Positions 10,061 through 18,370 of a DNA stretch of 20,000 nt are shown in pieces (the first letter of the stretch is position 1; each line of letters opens with the position of its first letter). The position numbers were made by a program, and so were the translations under genes. Origin of the DNA: Chiloscyllium plagiosum (lineage: Eukaryota); assembly GCF_004010195.1 (NCBI RefSeq), contig NC_057751.1, positions 15,848,768-15,868,767 of the forward strand, written 5' to 3'. The notes beneath the pieces are model-generated. The model worked only from the letters and a program-made list of their open reading frames with translations, did not search any database and was not told the origin of the DNA.

Positions 10061-10480
10061 CCTCTCAGCCGTTCGGCCCTTACTTCGCTCTCATTCCCGG
10101 TTTGGCCGAAGCTCATGTCTGTCCCCGGGTGCTCCTGCCCGCTGTGGTCCGTGCCCCTGCCCCTGTTCACTGGCAGAATTCCCCATTTCTACCCAACCCC
10201 TCCCCCCCCTCCCCCCCGGAATGAGGGCAGCTTCACCGAGTGTAGCAAGGAGAGTCACGTGACAGCAGACAACAATGAGGAATCACGTGACAACTGGATG
10301 GAATTCAGGTCACACGACAAGGTGACAGTGGGCAACAATGGGGGTCACGTGACAATGGGTAGAATCAGAGTCATGGGACAGCATGTAACAATGGATAGAA
10401 TCATGGTCAGGTGGCAACAACGGGCATCACATGACAATGGGTAAATCGTAGTCAGGTGACAGCAAGGAACAATGGGCACT
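10061..10480 (-). promoter_or_regulatory. Putative ferlin 5' UTR/promoter: GC/CpG-rich segment with clustered E-box (CLEAR-like) motifs
   Basis: GC-rich unique sequence directly upstream of the ATG. GTCACGTGAC at 10254-10263 and 10344-10353, TCACGTGAC from 10283, TCACATGAC from 10427, GTCAGGTGAC at 10451-10460. Confidence 0.55.
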
Positions 10481-10881
10481 GCTGGAGAACTGGGCAAACA
10501 ACAAACTGGTTGATGATTGCTTATGCCTCCCTCTTCTGACAGAATGCTCGGTCACAGTTCTGGCTGGTTAATTTGAGGAGCAGCAGAGGGAGGTGAGATC
10601 CCATGCCGATGAAAGCACAGGTGAAAGAAGAGCCGCTTTTGCGTCCTTAAAACTGGCCAAAGCACCCTAGCGCCAATGCAGCGCTTCCCAAAGCGTAGCC
10701 GTGGTTGCCAAACAATGCGGAGGCCTTTTTTTTAAACGTACAGTTAAGTTCCCACAAACAAATATAAATCTTATGGCACAAAAAGGGGCAGGTTCTCATG
10801 CTGGCTAACGAGAAAAAAAACCGATGTACGCAACAGGAATATTGAATAAATTCTCAGCAATTTGTCTTTGCCTTTCCCGAC

Positions 10882-11178
10882 AGTACGGAAACAGGCCCTT
10901 CTGCCCAACGAGTCCACACCAACCCTCTGAGGAGCAACCCACCCCAGACCCAGTCCCATATATTTACCCCTGATTAAGACATCTAATACGATGAGCAATT
11001 TAGCATGGCCAATTCACCTGACCTGCACATCCTTGGACTGTGGGAGGAAACCAGGACACCCGGAGGAAACCTACTCAGACACAGGGAGAATGTGCAAACT
11101 CCACACAGTTACCTGAGGTGGGAATCGAACCTGGGCCCCTGCTGCTGTGAGGCAGCAGTGATAACCACCGTGCCGCCC
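10882..11178 (-). mobile_element. HE1-type SINE
   Basis: Reverse complement of the HE1 head (…ctgtgaggcagcagtgataaccaccgtgccgccc), body and tail. Confidence 0.9.
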
Positions 11179-11958
11179 AGACTAATCAAATTGCCCCGTT
11201 CTTACGAGAAATGATGGAGCTTTGAGGTTAACTCAAATTAACACACTCAGTACCCGGAAATGGGATGTCAGTGGTGAGTGGCCCTGTCTCCGAGCTCCTA
11301 ACCCTAACTTGACAGCCAAGGAAAGCTCAGTCACAACAACAGCCACAGCCAAACAACACGGACATCGGCTGGAAAACCATTCCAATGTGCACACAGAGTG
11401 CAGGCAGTAAGAGTGGGAGAGATTCCTGGTCGAAGGAAGGAAGGAAACTGGAGCCTACCCTATCCCGAGCTGCAGGCTCCAAACTCCAGTGGACATTGCA
11501 ACAGCCACTCTGAATCCTTTTGAGGGGCTGAACAGGTCGGTTCCGTTGGCTGGACGGCTGGAATGGATGAGGTCAGTGCCGACAGCATAGGGATTAGATT
11601 CCTGTTCTGGCAGGGGGCATGAGGAAGCATGGTAAGGGGATTGAGGACCTGCCTTATCGTGGGGAAGTCACAGCATGGAAAGGCAGACCTGTTTTCAGGC
11701 AGGGAATGTGAGAAGACAATCTAGAAATATTCTTTTCATCCATTCTGTCCACCTTGAACATGTTTCCGCTGATGGGTGAGTGCCGAACCAGAAGACACAG
11801 CTTAAAAATACGGAGTAGACCATTTAGGACAGAGATGAGAAGAAACTTCTTCACCCAGAGAGTGGTGGCCCAGAGGGCAGTGAAGGCCCAGTCTCTGGAT
11901 TCATTTAAGTAAGAGTTGGATAGAGCTCTCAAGGATAGTGGAATCAAGGGTTATGGAG

Positions 11959-12089
11959 CCCTTCCTGAAGAAGGGCTTGTGCCCGAAACGTCGATTCTCC
12001 TGTTCCTTGGATGCTGCCTGACCTGCTGCACTTTTCCAGCAACACATTTTCAGCTCTGATCTCCAGCATCTGCAGTCCTCACTTTCTCC
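11959..12089 (+). mobile_element. 131-bp Penelope-derived short element with 8-bp TSD and hammerhead-like motif
   Basis: TSD ttatggag at 11951-11958 and 12090-12097. Motif CTGAAGA-A-GGGC-TTGT-GCCC-GAAACGTC at 11965-11992. Confidence 0.85.
11965..11992 (+). ncRNA. Minimal hammerhead-ribozyme-like motif (PLE type)
   Basis: CUGANGA core, extra A, 4-bp helix II with tetraloop, GAAA, palindromic ACGU and GUC triplet. Helix I is weak and activity is not shown. Confidence 0.55.
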
Positions 12090-12494
12090 TTATGGAGATA
12101 AGGCAGGAACAGGATACTGATTAAGGATGATCAGCCATGATGATATTGAATGGTGGTGCAGGCTCGAAGGGCAGAATGGCCTACTCCTGCACCTATTGTC
12201 TATTGAAGCAAGGAAGTGAACTAGAAATGAAATTATAACATGAGGTTGACTCCAAATTTCAGTAGTTTGTAAAGATTTCACTCTGACTGCCACATCACCA
12301 TGAACTTCTTCACCATGTCACTGAAATCTGTATGCATCAAATTCCAAATACAACCTCTTTCCCCAGTCACTTCAATGCCCTAATTCTTAAATCTTTCTGT
12401 CCCATCTATCATCACTTAAACAGGCTTGCTCTTTCCACACTAATTCAGAGATTGAGTCACTCAAGAAGTTGATGTAATGAGTCATTGTAACAGA

Positions 12495-13085
12495 GTGGCT
12501 TACTTAGCCATTTCAGAGAGCAGTTAAGAGTCAACCACATTGCTGTGGGTCTGGAGTCACATGCTGGCAAGACCCAATAAGGATGGCAGATACCCTTCCA
12601 TTGATAATTGCTTCATGCTTATCAGTAGTTTCTTAATTCCAGATTTTTATTGAATCCACCGTGGGGCGGCACTGTGGCTCAGTGGTTAGCACTGCTGCCT
12701 CACAGCGCTACGGACCCAGGTTCGATTCTAGCCTCGGGTGACTGTATGGAGTTTGCACATTCTCCCCGTGTCTGCGTGGGTTCCTCCGGGTGCTCCGGTT
12801 TCCTCCCACTGTCCAAAGATGTGCAGATTAGGTGAATTGGCCATGCTAAATTGCTCGTAGAGTTAAGTGCATCAGTTAGGGGAACGGGTCTGAGTGGGTT
12901 ACTCTTCGGAAGGTCGGTGTGGACTAGTTGGGCTGAAGGGCCTGTTTCCACACTGTAGGGAATCTAATCTAACCGAATCAAATTCCACCACCTGCCACTG
13001 TGGGATTCGAACCTGGGTCCCCAGGACATGAGCTGAGTTTCTGAGCTAAGATTCTCGCGATAATATCACTCGGCCATTGGCTCCC
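12495..13085 (-). mobile_element. Older tRNA-derived SINE (MetaSINE-like), interrupted by an HE1 SINE
   Basis: Minus-strand head tggccgagtg...ggttcgaatccc at about 12995-13085. Body ggaagggtatctgccatcctt...catgtgactccagacccacagcaatgtggttgactc at 12500-12655. Family assignment is from memory. Confidence 0.6.
12663..12972 (+). mobile_element. HE1-type SINE nested in the older SINE
   Basis: ggggcggcactgtggctcagtggttagcac...gggcctgtttccacactgtagggaatctaatctaa. Confidence 0.9.
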
Positions 13086-13127
13086 CTCAGAGATTCTCTC
13101 AGAAATTCAGTTAGTGTTCCCTCGGAA

Positions 13128-14193
13128 TCTAAAACAGAAGTTGCTGGAAAAGCTCAGCAGGTCAGTGAAGAGAAATCAGAGTTAACGTTTCAGGTTCAGT
13201 GACCCTCCCTCAGAACTGATGGTCGCTAAGAAAATGTCAGTTTCTGTGCAGAAGATAGGTGGGTGTGGGGGGGAAGGGGTAAGGAGTAAGGAGTAAGGAG
13301 TTAATAATAGAGTCCAAAGAGAGAGGAGACAAAGGAATTCATAATCTGGCTGGGGGGGGCGGTGAATAGCTGTTAATGGAGACTCTTCGTGGCTAACAAT
13401 AGGTAGCGTGCAATGGTAGATTATGTGATAAGGCCTGATACGTGGGGTGGGTACTGGGACATAGGAGACTTCAGGCCCGAAAATTATTGAACTGGCTATA
13501 GAGCCCAGAGAGCTGCAGGGACCTGAAGCAGAAAATGAGGTGTTGTTCTTCCAACTTGTGCTGAGCTTCACGAGAATACTGCAGTTAGCCCGAGTCAGGG
13601 ATATTGGCCAGGAAACAGGGTGTGTTGATAAAGTGGCAGGCAACTGGAAACTCAGGAGCATTTTTTGCCGGCAGAACATACATGTTCTACAAAGCGGTCA
13701 GGGAGAAAGTGAGGACTGCAGATGCTGGAGATCAGAGCTGAAAATGTCTCGCTGGAAATGTGCAGCAGGTCAGGGAGCATCCAGGGAACAGCAGAATCGA
13801 CGTTTCGGGCATGAGACCTTCTTCAGGAAAGCGGTCACCCAGACTACGCTTCATTTCCCCAATGTGGAGGAGACCACACTGTGAGCAGCGAATGCAGTCA
13901 ACGAGATTGTAAGAAGTGCAGGTAAAGCGCTGCTTCACCTGGAAGGCACGTTTGGGCCCTTGGATACTGAGGAGGGAGCAGGTAAATGGGCAGGTGCCCT
14001 TCAGCAGTTGCAGGGGAAGGTGCCATGGCGGGGTGTTGGGAGTGAAGGAGGAGTAAATTAGGGCATGTCCCAGAGGGAACGGTCCCTGCAGAAAGCATAC
14101 AAGGGAGGGGAAGGGGATATGTGTCTGGTGGTGACATCTTGCTGGAGGTGACGGAAATGGCAACTGATGACCTTTTGAGTACGGAGTTTGGTG
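13128..14193 (-). mobile_element. Penelope-like retroelement 3' part (GIY-YIG endonuclease and terminus), 5'-truncated
   Basis: ORF 13732-14163 ends QGPKRAFQVKQRFTCTSYNLVDCIRCSQCGLLHIGEMKRSLGDRF (GIY-YIG). EEQHLIF motif near 13535-13555. Terminal ...gaaacgttaactctgatttctc...gagcttttccagcaacttctg. Confidence 0.85.
13701..13827 (-). mobile_element. 127-bp Penelope-derived short element with 10-bp TSD, nested in a PLE
   Basis: TSD aaagcggtca at 13691-13700 and 13828-13837. Same sequence family as 11959-12089. Hammerhead-like motif at 13799-13826. Confidence 0.85.
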
Positions 14194-14837
14194 TTTCTTT
14201 TATTTAGCATTCCCTCATAATCTATTCCTGATCATCTTTTTCCCATTTGAAAAGTTTACATTGCCAATAGCTACCCTAGACTTCTTTCTCCGTAACGAAC
14301 ACTTTACATAACTTTTACATCATTAAACCATTCTGTTATATCTGCTCTGAAGGACCCCCTGGACCTTTATAACGGTGCAGCGTAACTTCATTTACGAAAC
14401 CCAGGATCCCCATGTGCTTCACAACCCAGCTTCTTGGGCTGTCCAGCCGCCATCAACTGACAAGATGATGAAGTGTAATGGGGACTGCCACATTGAAACA
14501 GGAAGAAACAAGTTATGGATAACAGCTCGTCAGTTTGGACATTTTAATATCTCCAACAATCAGTGTGTTTCAGCAGTATGGAGTGAAGTGGTGCCTGATT
14601 TGGGTCTGCATTGCTGCCGCAATGAGCAAACAACGAGACAAGAAAATCCTGGTCTCCAGCTGACCCATCAGATGGCCGCAAGTGGAGTGTGAGGACTGCG
14701 CACGTACGTTGACACAACTCGTGTCACTGGGCCGGTGCAGCCACGTGCTGTAGTGACTGAAGAAGCCAAGGCCAGTGTTGAAAATGACGCACTGGCAGGA
14801 CAGTTCCGCCAGCGCTGCAAGCCCTGGAAAGCAGGTA
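14180..14837 (-). other. ANKRD39: Probable ANKRD39 3' UTR
   Basis: Non-repetitive sequence between the TGA stop and the first AATAAA (14199-14204). An ATTAAA variant lies at 14543-14548. The 3' end is inferred. Confidence 0.55.
14199..14204 (-). terminator. Candidate polyadenylation signal AATAAA of ANKRD39
   Basis: tttatt on + strand about 630 nt downstream of the stop codon, at the edge of unique sequence. No obvious GU-rich downstream element. Confidence 0.5.
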
Positions 14838-14993
14838 TCACGTCGATGTCCCGGGCCAAAGCCACTCCTTCAATTCCGGCTGGTCCGCGACCAGGTCATG
14901 GGGAGTTCTGGAACGCCTGTCCCGCACCGTCCTCAAGGCTGGATTCTGCTGCAGCAAAACCTTGCACACCTCCTGGTGACCCCTTTCTGCAGC
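14838..14993 (-). CDS. ANKRD39: ANKRD39 last coding exon (51 aa plus TGA stop)
   Basis: Acceptor tgtcttttgtccgtcag|GCT, then AAERGHQEVCKVLLQQNPALRTVRDRRSRTPHDLVADQPELKEWLWPGTST*. Matches the human C-terminus as recalled ([29 protein letters not shown]...DL) and joins the previous exon in frame (LHK|AAERGH) across intron 14994-16641. Confidence 0.95.
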   Translation of the reverse strand, partial: AAERGHQEVCKVLLQQNPALRTVRDRRSRTPHDLVADQPELKEWLWPGTST

Positions 14994-15199
14994 CTGACGG
15001 ACAAAAGACACCCATCAGAAGAGTGGAGCACAGTGGGGCAAGGGGGTTGAAAATCTGCGACAGTCAGGAGATGCAGGCGGGGGGGGGGGGAAATCACACG
15101 CTTGCAAAGCAAATATCACAATTTGGCATGACGACCCTCCTGGTCTTCGCCTCCCTAAAACCTATCGACATCTGGGACAAAGTGGCAGCCATTCAGACT

Positions 15200-15745
15200 T
15201 AGAGTCAAAAAGTCATAGAGATGTACAGCACGGAAACAGACCCTTCGGTCCAACCCATCCATGCCAACCCAGATATCCCAACCCAATCTAGTCCCACCTG
15301 CCAGCACGCGGCCCATATCCCTCCAAACCCTTCCTATTCATATACCCATCCAAATGCTTCTTAAATGTTGCAATTGTACCAGCCTCCACCACATCCTCTG
15401 GCAGCTCATTCCATATTTTATATCTTTCCCCTCTCACCCTAAACCTATGCCCTCTAGTTCTAGACTCCCCACCCCAGGGGAAAGACTTTGTCTAGTTATC
15501 CTATCCATGCCCCTCATAATTTTGTAACCCTCTATAAGGTCACCCCTCAGCCTTCGACGCTCCAGGGAAAACAGCCCCAGCCTGTTCAGCCTCTCCCTGT
15601 AGCTCAAATCCCCCAACCCTGACAACATCCTTGTAAATCTTTTCTGAACCCTTTCAAGTTTCACAACTGAACCTGCACTCCAAGGTCTCTTTGTTCAGCA
15701 ACAGTCCCTAGGACCTTATCATTAAGTGTATCCGTCCTGCTAAGG
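15200..15745 (-). mobile_element. CR1 (HER1-type) LINE 3' fragment with internal deletions, in ANKRD39 last intron
   Basis: Nearly identical to 3217-3968 apart from deletions. LERVQKRFTRML...RLRGDLIE. Confidence 0.93.
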
Positions 15746-16349
15746 TTTTGTTGCTTAAACACTGCTTCTTGCTGCTGTCAAGGCAAACATCTGCATCTCT
15801 GTCATACTTTCCGTGACCCCAGGACGATCAAAAGGTGATTTCCAGTCTTCTGCAGAGTCATCGCTGTTGCCGTGTAGGAGGTGCAGCAGCCAATGTGCTC
15901 CCCCAAACAATGGAGGAACAATATCCTGGTTATGTGTTATTTACTTTTAAGTGGTGTTACTTCGGTGAGCAAATTGCCCATGACCAGATCGAACTGCGCC
16001 CTTTTAAATCTGACCTCTGGCACATCCCCTGATTTGAGTCACTCGACCCTCAGCAGAGGGTGACGTACATTATTCTGGACATTCCCTCCTGAAGCTGCCC
16101 ACCTCTTTCTCCACTGCGGAGGTGTTTGATAAAACGTACACTTCTCCGATCTTTTGGTCATGCGTCCCCAGTCTTGCCTCTTGTGGGTCAGGGTCCTATC
16201 TGGTTCAGTTACTCTACGTAGATGCAGGTTGTTGTTGAGCTGAGAGAACTGCGTCGCTTTGGGAGGCGTGTATTGCGCCACCAAATGGTCATAAAGTGAA
16301 ATGTGTCAGCAAAGGGAATAAACTAAACATGGAGGAAGGTTTTGGGGAG

Positions 16350-16550
16350 TTAAGCTCTTCACACAGAGTGCTGGGTGCCTGAAATGCACTGCCAGCAGTG
16401 GTAGTACAGTCAGATACATTATGGACAATCAAGCTACTCTTGGATAGGCACATGGATGATGTAGGTTAGTTTGATCTTAGAGTAGGATAAAAGGTCAGCA
16501 CAACATTGAGGGCTGAAGGGCCTGTACTGTGCTGTACTGTTCTATGTTCT
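16350..16550 (+). mobile_element. CR1 LINE 3' end
   Basis: ttcacacagagtgctgggtgcctgaaatgcactgcc...gggctgaagggcctgtactgtgctgtactgttctatgttcta. Confidence 0.8.
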
Positions 16551-16641
16551 ACATCTCCCTGGATTTAAGTATCAGCAAAAATAGCAAATGTGTTCTTTCA
16601 GGGATGGGGCAGTAGGAAACGTGCTGAGAGTGTTACACTAC

Positions 16642-16845
16642 CTTGTGTAAAGGAGTCGTACCATCATCGTCTGTGATTGCAGGGATTGCTCCATAGGTCA
16701 GTAACAACTGGAGAACGGAGAGATGGCCACAGTAGGCTGCTCTGTGAAGCGGGGTCACCCCTCCTTTGGTCTGAACGTTGCTGTCTGCTCCCTTCCTCAG
16801 CAAGTACTCGCAGATCTCGTAATCACCACGGCGACTGGCGTAGTG
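16642..16845 (-). CDS. ANKRD39: Ankyrin repeat domain-containing protein 39, penultimate coding exon (exon 3, 204 nt, phase 0/0)
   Basis: Minus strand: ctctacag|CAC TAC GCC...CAC AAG|gtagtg gives HYASRRGDYEICEYLLRKGADSNVQTKGGVTPLHRAAYCGHLSVLQLLLTYGAIPAITDDDGTTPLHK. This is colinear without gaps with human ANKRD39 as recalled ([68 protein letters not shown]). AG/GT sites are canonical. Upstream exons were not found in the window. Confidence 0.95.
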
Positions 16846-17154
16846 CTGTAGAGATAGATGACAGTAACTGTTCGGTGACGATCAAACCTGATCCTCAGAC
16901 TGTTACCGAGACCCTCTCTTGTGTTTTTCACTGAAACATCGCACACAGAAGGCCCTTCGGCTCATTATACCTGTCACAGCCGTTTGAAGGGCTGATCCAA
17001 TTGGTCCCACTCCCCTATTCTTTCCCGAACGCGCTGAATTTGTCTTTTGAAGGTTAAATCACCTTTCTCTGGCCCTGCAAACAGGACGTTCTGCATCCTC
17101 TCTGTTGAAGTCTGTGGTATAGTGGTAATGTCATTCAAATAGTAATTCACATTG

Positions 17155-17605
17155 AGTCGTAGTCAGAGTCAGACAGCATGGAGACAGACCCTTCGTTCCA
17201 ACCAGTCCATGTTGACCATGAGCCAAAACTAAACTTCGTCCCACCCGCCTGCTTCTGGCTCATGTCTCTCCAAACATGTCTTATTCATGAATTTATCCAA
17301 ATGTCTTTTAAACGTTGTAACGGTATCTGCATCCACCACTTCCTCAGGAGGTTCATTCCACACATAAACTACCGTGTGTAAAACATATGCCTCTCATGTC
17401 ATTTTGCAATCTTTCGCCTCTCACCTTAAAAATATGCCTCCATGCTTTGAAATCTCCCATCCTGGGGAAAAGACACCTGCCTTTCATTTTACCTATACTC
17501 CTCACGATTTTATAGATCTCTATGGTCACTCCTCAACCTCCTACAGTCCAATAAAAAAGCATCCCAATCTACCTCGCCTCTCCTTATAACTCAAACCCTC
17601 CATTC
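17155..17605 (-). mobile_element. CR1 LINE 3' end
   Basis: Similar to 3217-3660 (acagcatggagacagacccttcg...ttataactcaaaccctcc). Confidence 0.85.
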
Positions 17606-17701
17606 CAAATGAAAAACAATGAACTCTACCCCATTTGGTATCTGTTAAAGTTTGTCATGCATATAAATGGGATTCAAATTAAGGATAGGGTAAGACACAA
17701 G

Positions 17702-17930
17702 AATCCACCCTAACCTGCACATCCCTGAGCACTATGGGTAATTTAGCACAGCCAATCCACCCTAACTTGCACATCTCTGAGCACTATGCTAATTTAGCAC
17801 AGCCAATCCACCTTAACTTGCACATCCCCGAGTACTATGGGTAATTTAGCATGGCCAATCCACCCTAACTTGCACATCCCTGAACACTATGGATAATGTA
17901 GCATGGCCAATCCACCCTAACCTGCACATC
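17702..17930 (-). repeat. Tandem array of about 52-bp HE1 internal units (about 4.4 copies; about 2 more at 18131-18240)
   Basis: Unit aatccaccctaacctgcacatccctgagcactatgggtaatttagcacagcc starts at 17702, 17754, 17805, 17857 and 17909. Confidence 0.9.
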
Positions 17931-17980
17931 TGCATCCACCACTTCCTCAGGAAGTTCATTCCACACATAAACTACTGTTT

Positions 17981-18130
17981 ACAGAGCTCTTAAAGATAGT
18001 GGAATCAAGGGTTATGGGGATAAGGCAGGAACAGGATACTGATTGAGGATGATCAGCCATGATCATAATGAATGGTGGTGCTGGCTCGAAGGGCAGAATG
18101 GCCTACTCCTGCACCTATTGTCTATTGTCT
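17981..18130 (+). mobile_element. CR1 3' UTR fragment inserted in the HE1 tandem array
   Basis: Same family as 11920-12205, with tail cctattgtctattgtct. Confidence 0.85.
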
Positions 18131-18370
18131 ATCCCTGAACACTATGGGCAATTTCCCCATGGCTAATTCACCCTAACCTGCATCTCCCTGAGCACGATGG
18201 GCAATTTCACATGGCCAATCTGCCCTAACCTACACATCTTTGGACTGTGGGAGGAAATCGGAACACCCGGAGGAAACCCACGCAGACACGGGGAGAACGT
18301 GCAAGCTCCACACAGTCCCCCGAAGGTGGAATCGAACCCAGGTCCCCGGCGCTGTGAGGCAGCACTGCTA
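18131..18370 (-). mobile_element. HE1-type SINE lacking its extreme 5' end (left arm of inverted repeat)
   Basis: Reverse complement of 19215-19416. Confidence 0.88.

Larger units (their letters stand above)
11755..12205 (+). mobile_element. CR1 LINE 3' end, interrupted by a short Penelope-derived insert
   Basis: FRTEMRRNFFTQRVV motif. The 3' UTR has the same layout as 17981-18130 once 11959-12097 is removed. Tail cctattgtctattg. Confidence 0.88.

Noticed and set aside
9932..10444. 170-aa plus-strand ORF with repeated HVT motifs
   Set aside because: The peptide periodicity is just the translation of the CACGTGAC tandem repeat, and the ORF is antisense to ferlin exon 1.
10251..10478. CRISPR-like repeat/spacer appearance (also 17702-17930)
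   Set aside because: Eukaryotic context, degenerate repeats with mutually similar spacers, and no cas genes. These are minisatellites.
14700..14840. Short hairpins after the ANKRD39 TGA (14710-14726, 14771-14796) as SECIS or readthrough signals
   Set aside because: Stems of only 6-7 bp are expected by chance, no SECIS layout was recognised, the stop context is TGA-TAC, and the protein ends about where the human orthologue ends.
14735..15202. 155-aa plus-strand ORF
   Set aside because: Antisense shadow of the GC-rich ANKRD39 last exon and UTR; GTG start and no recognisable domain.
15860..16060. Possible DeuSINE-domain remnants (also 10650-10800) and a tRNA-SINE head near 11520-11610
   Set aside because: Resemblance is too weak to support by eye; needs RepeatMasker or nhmmer with Dfam models.
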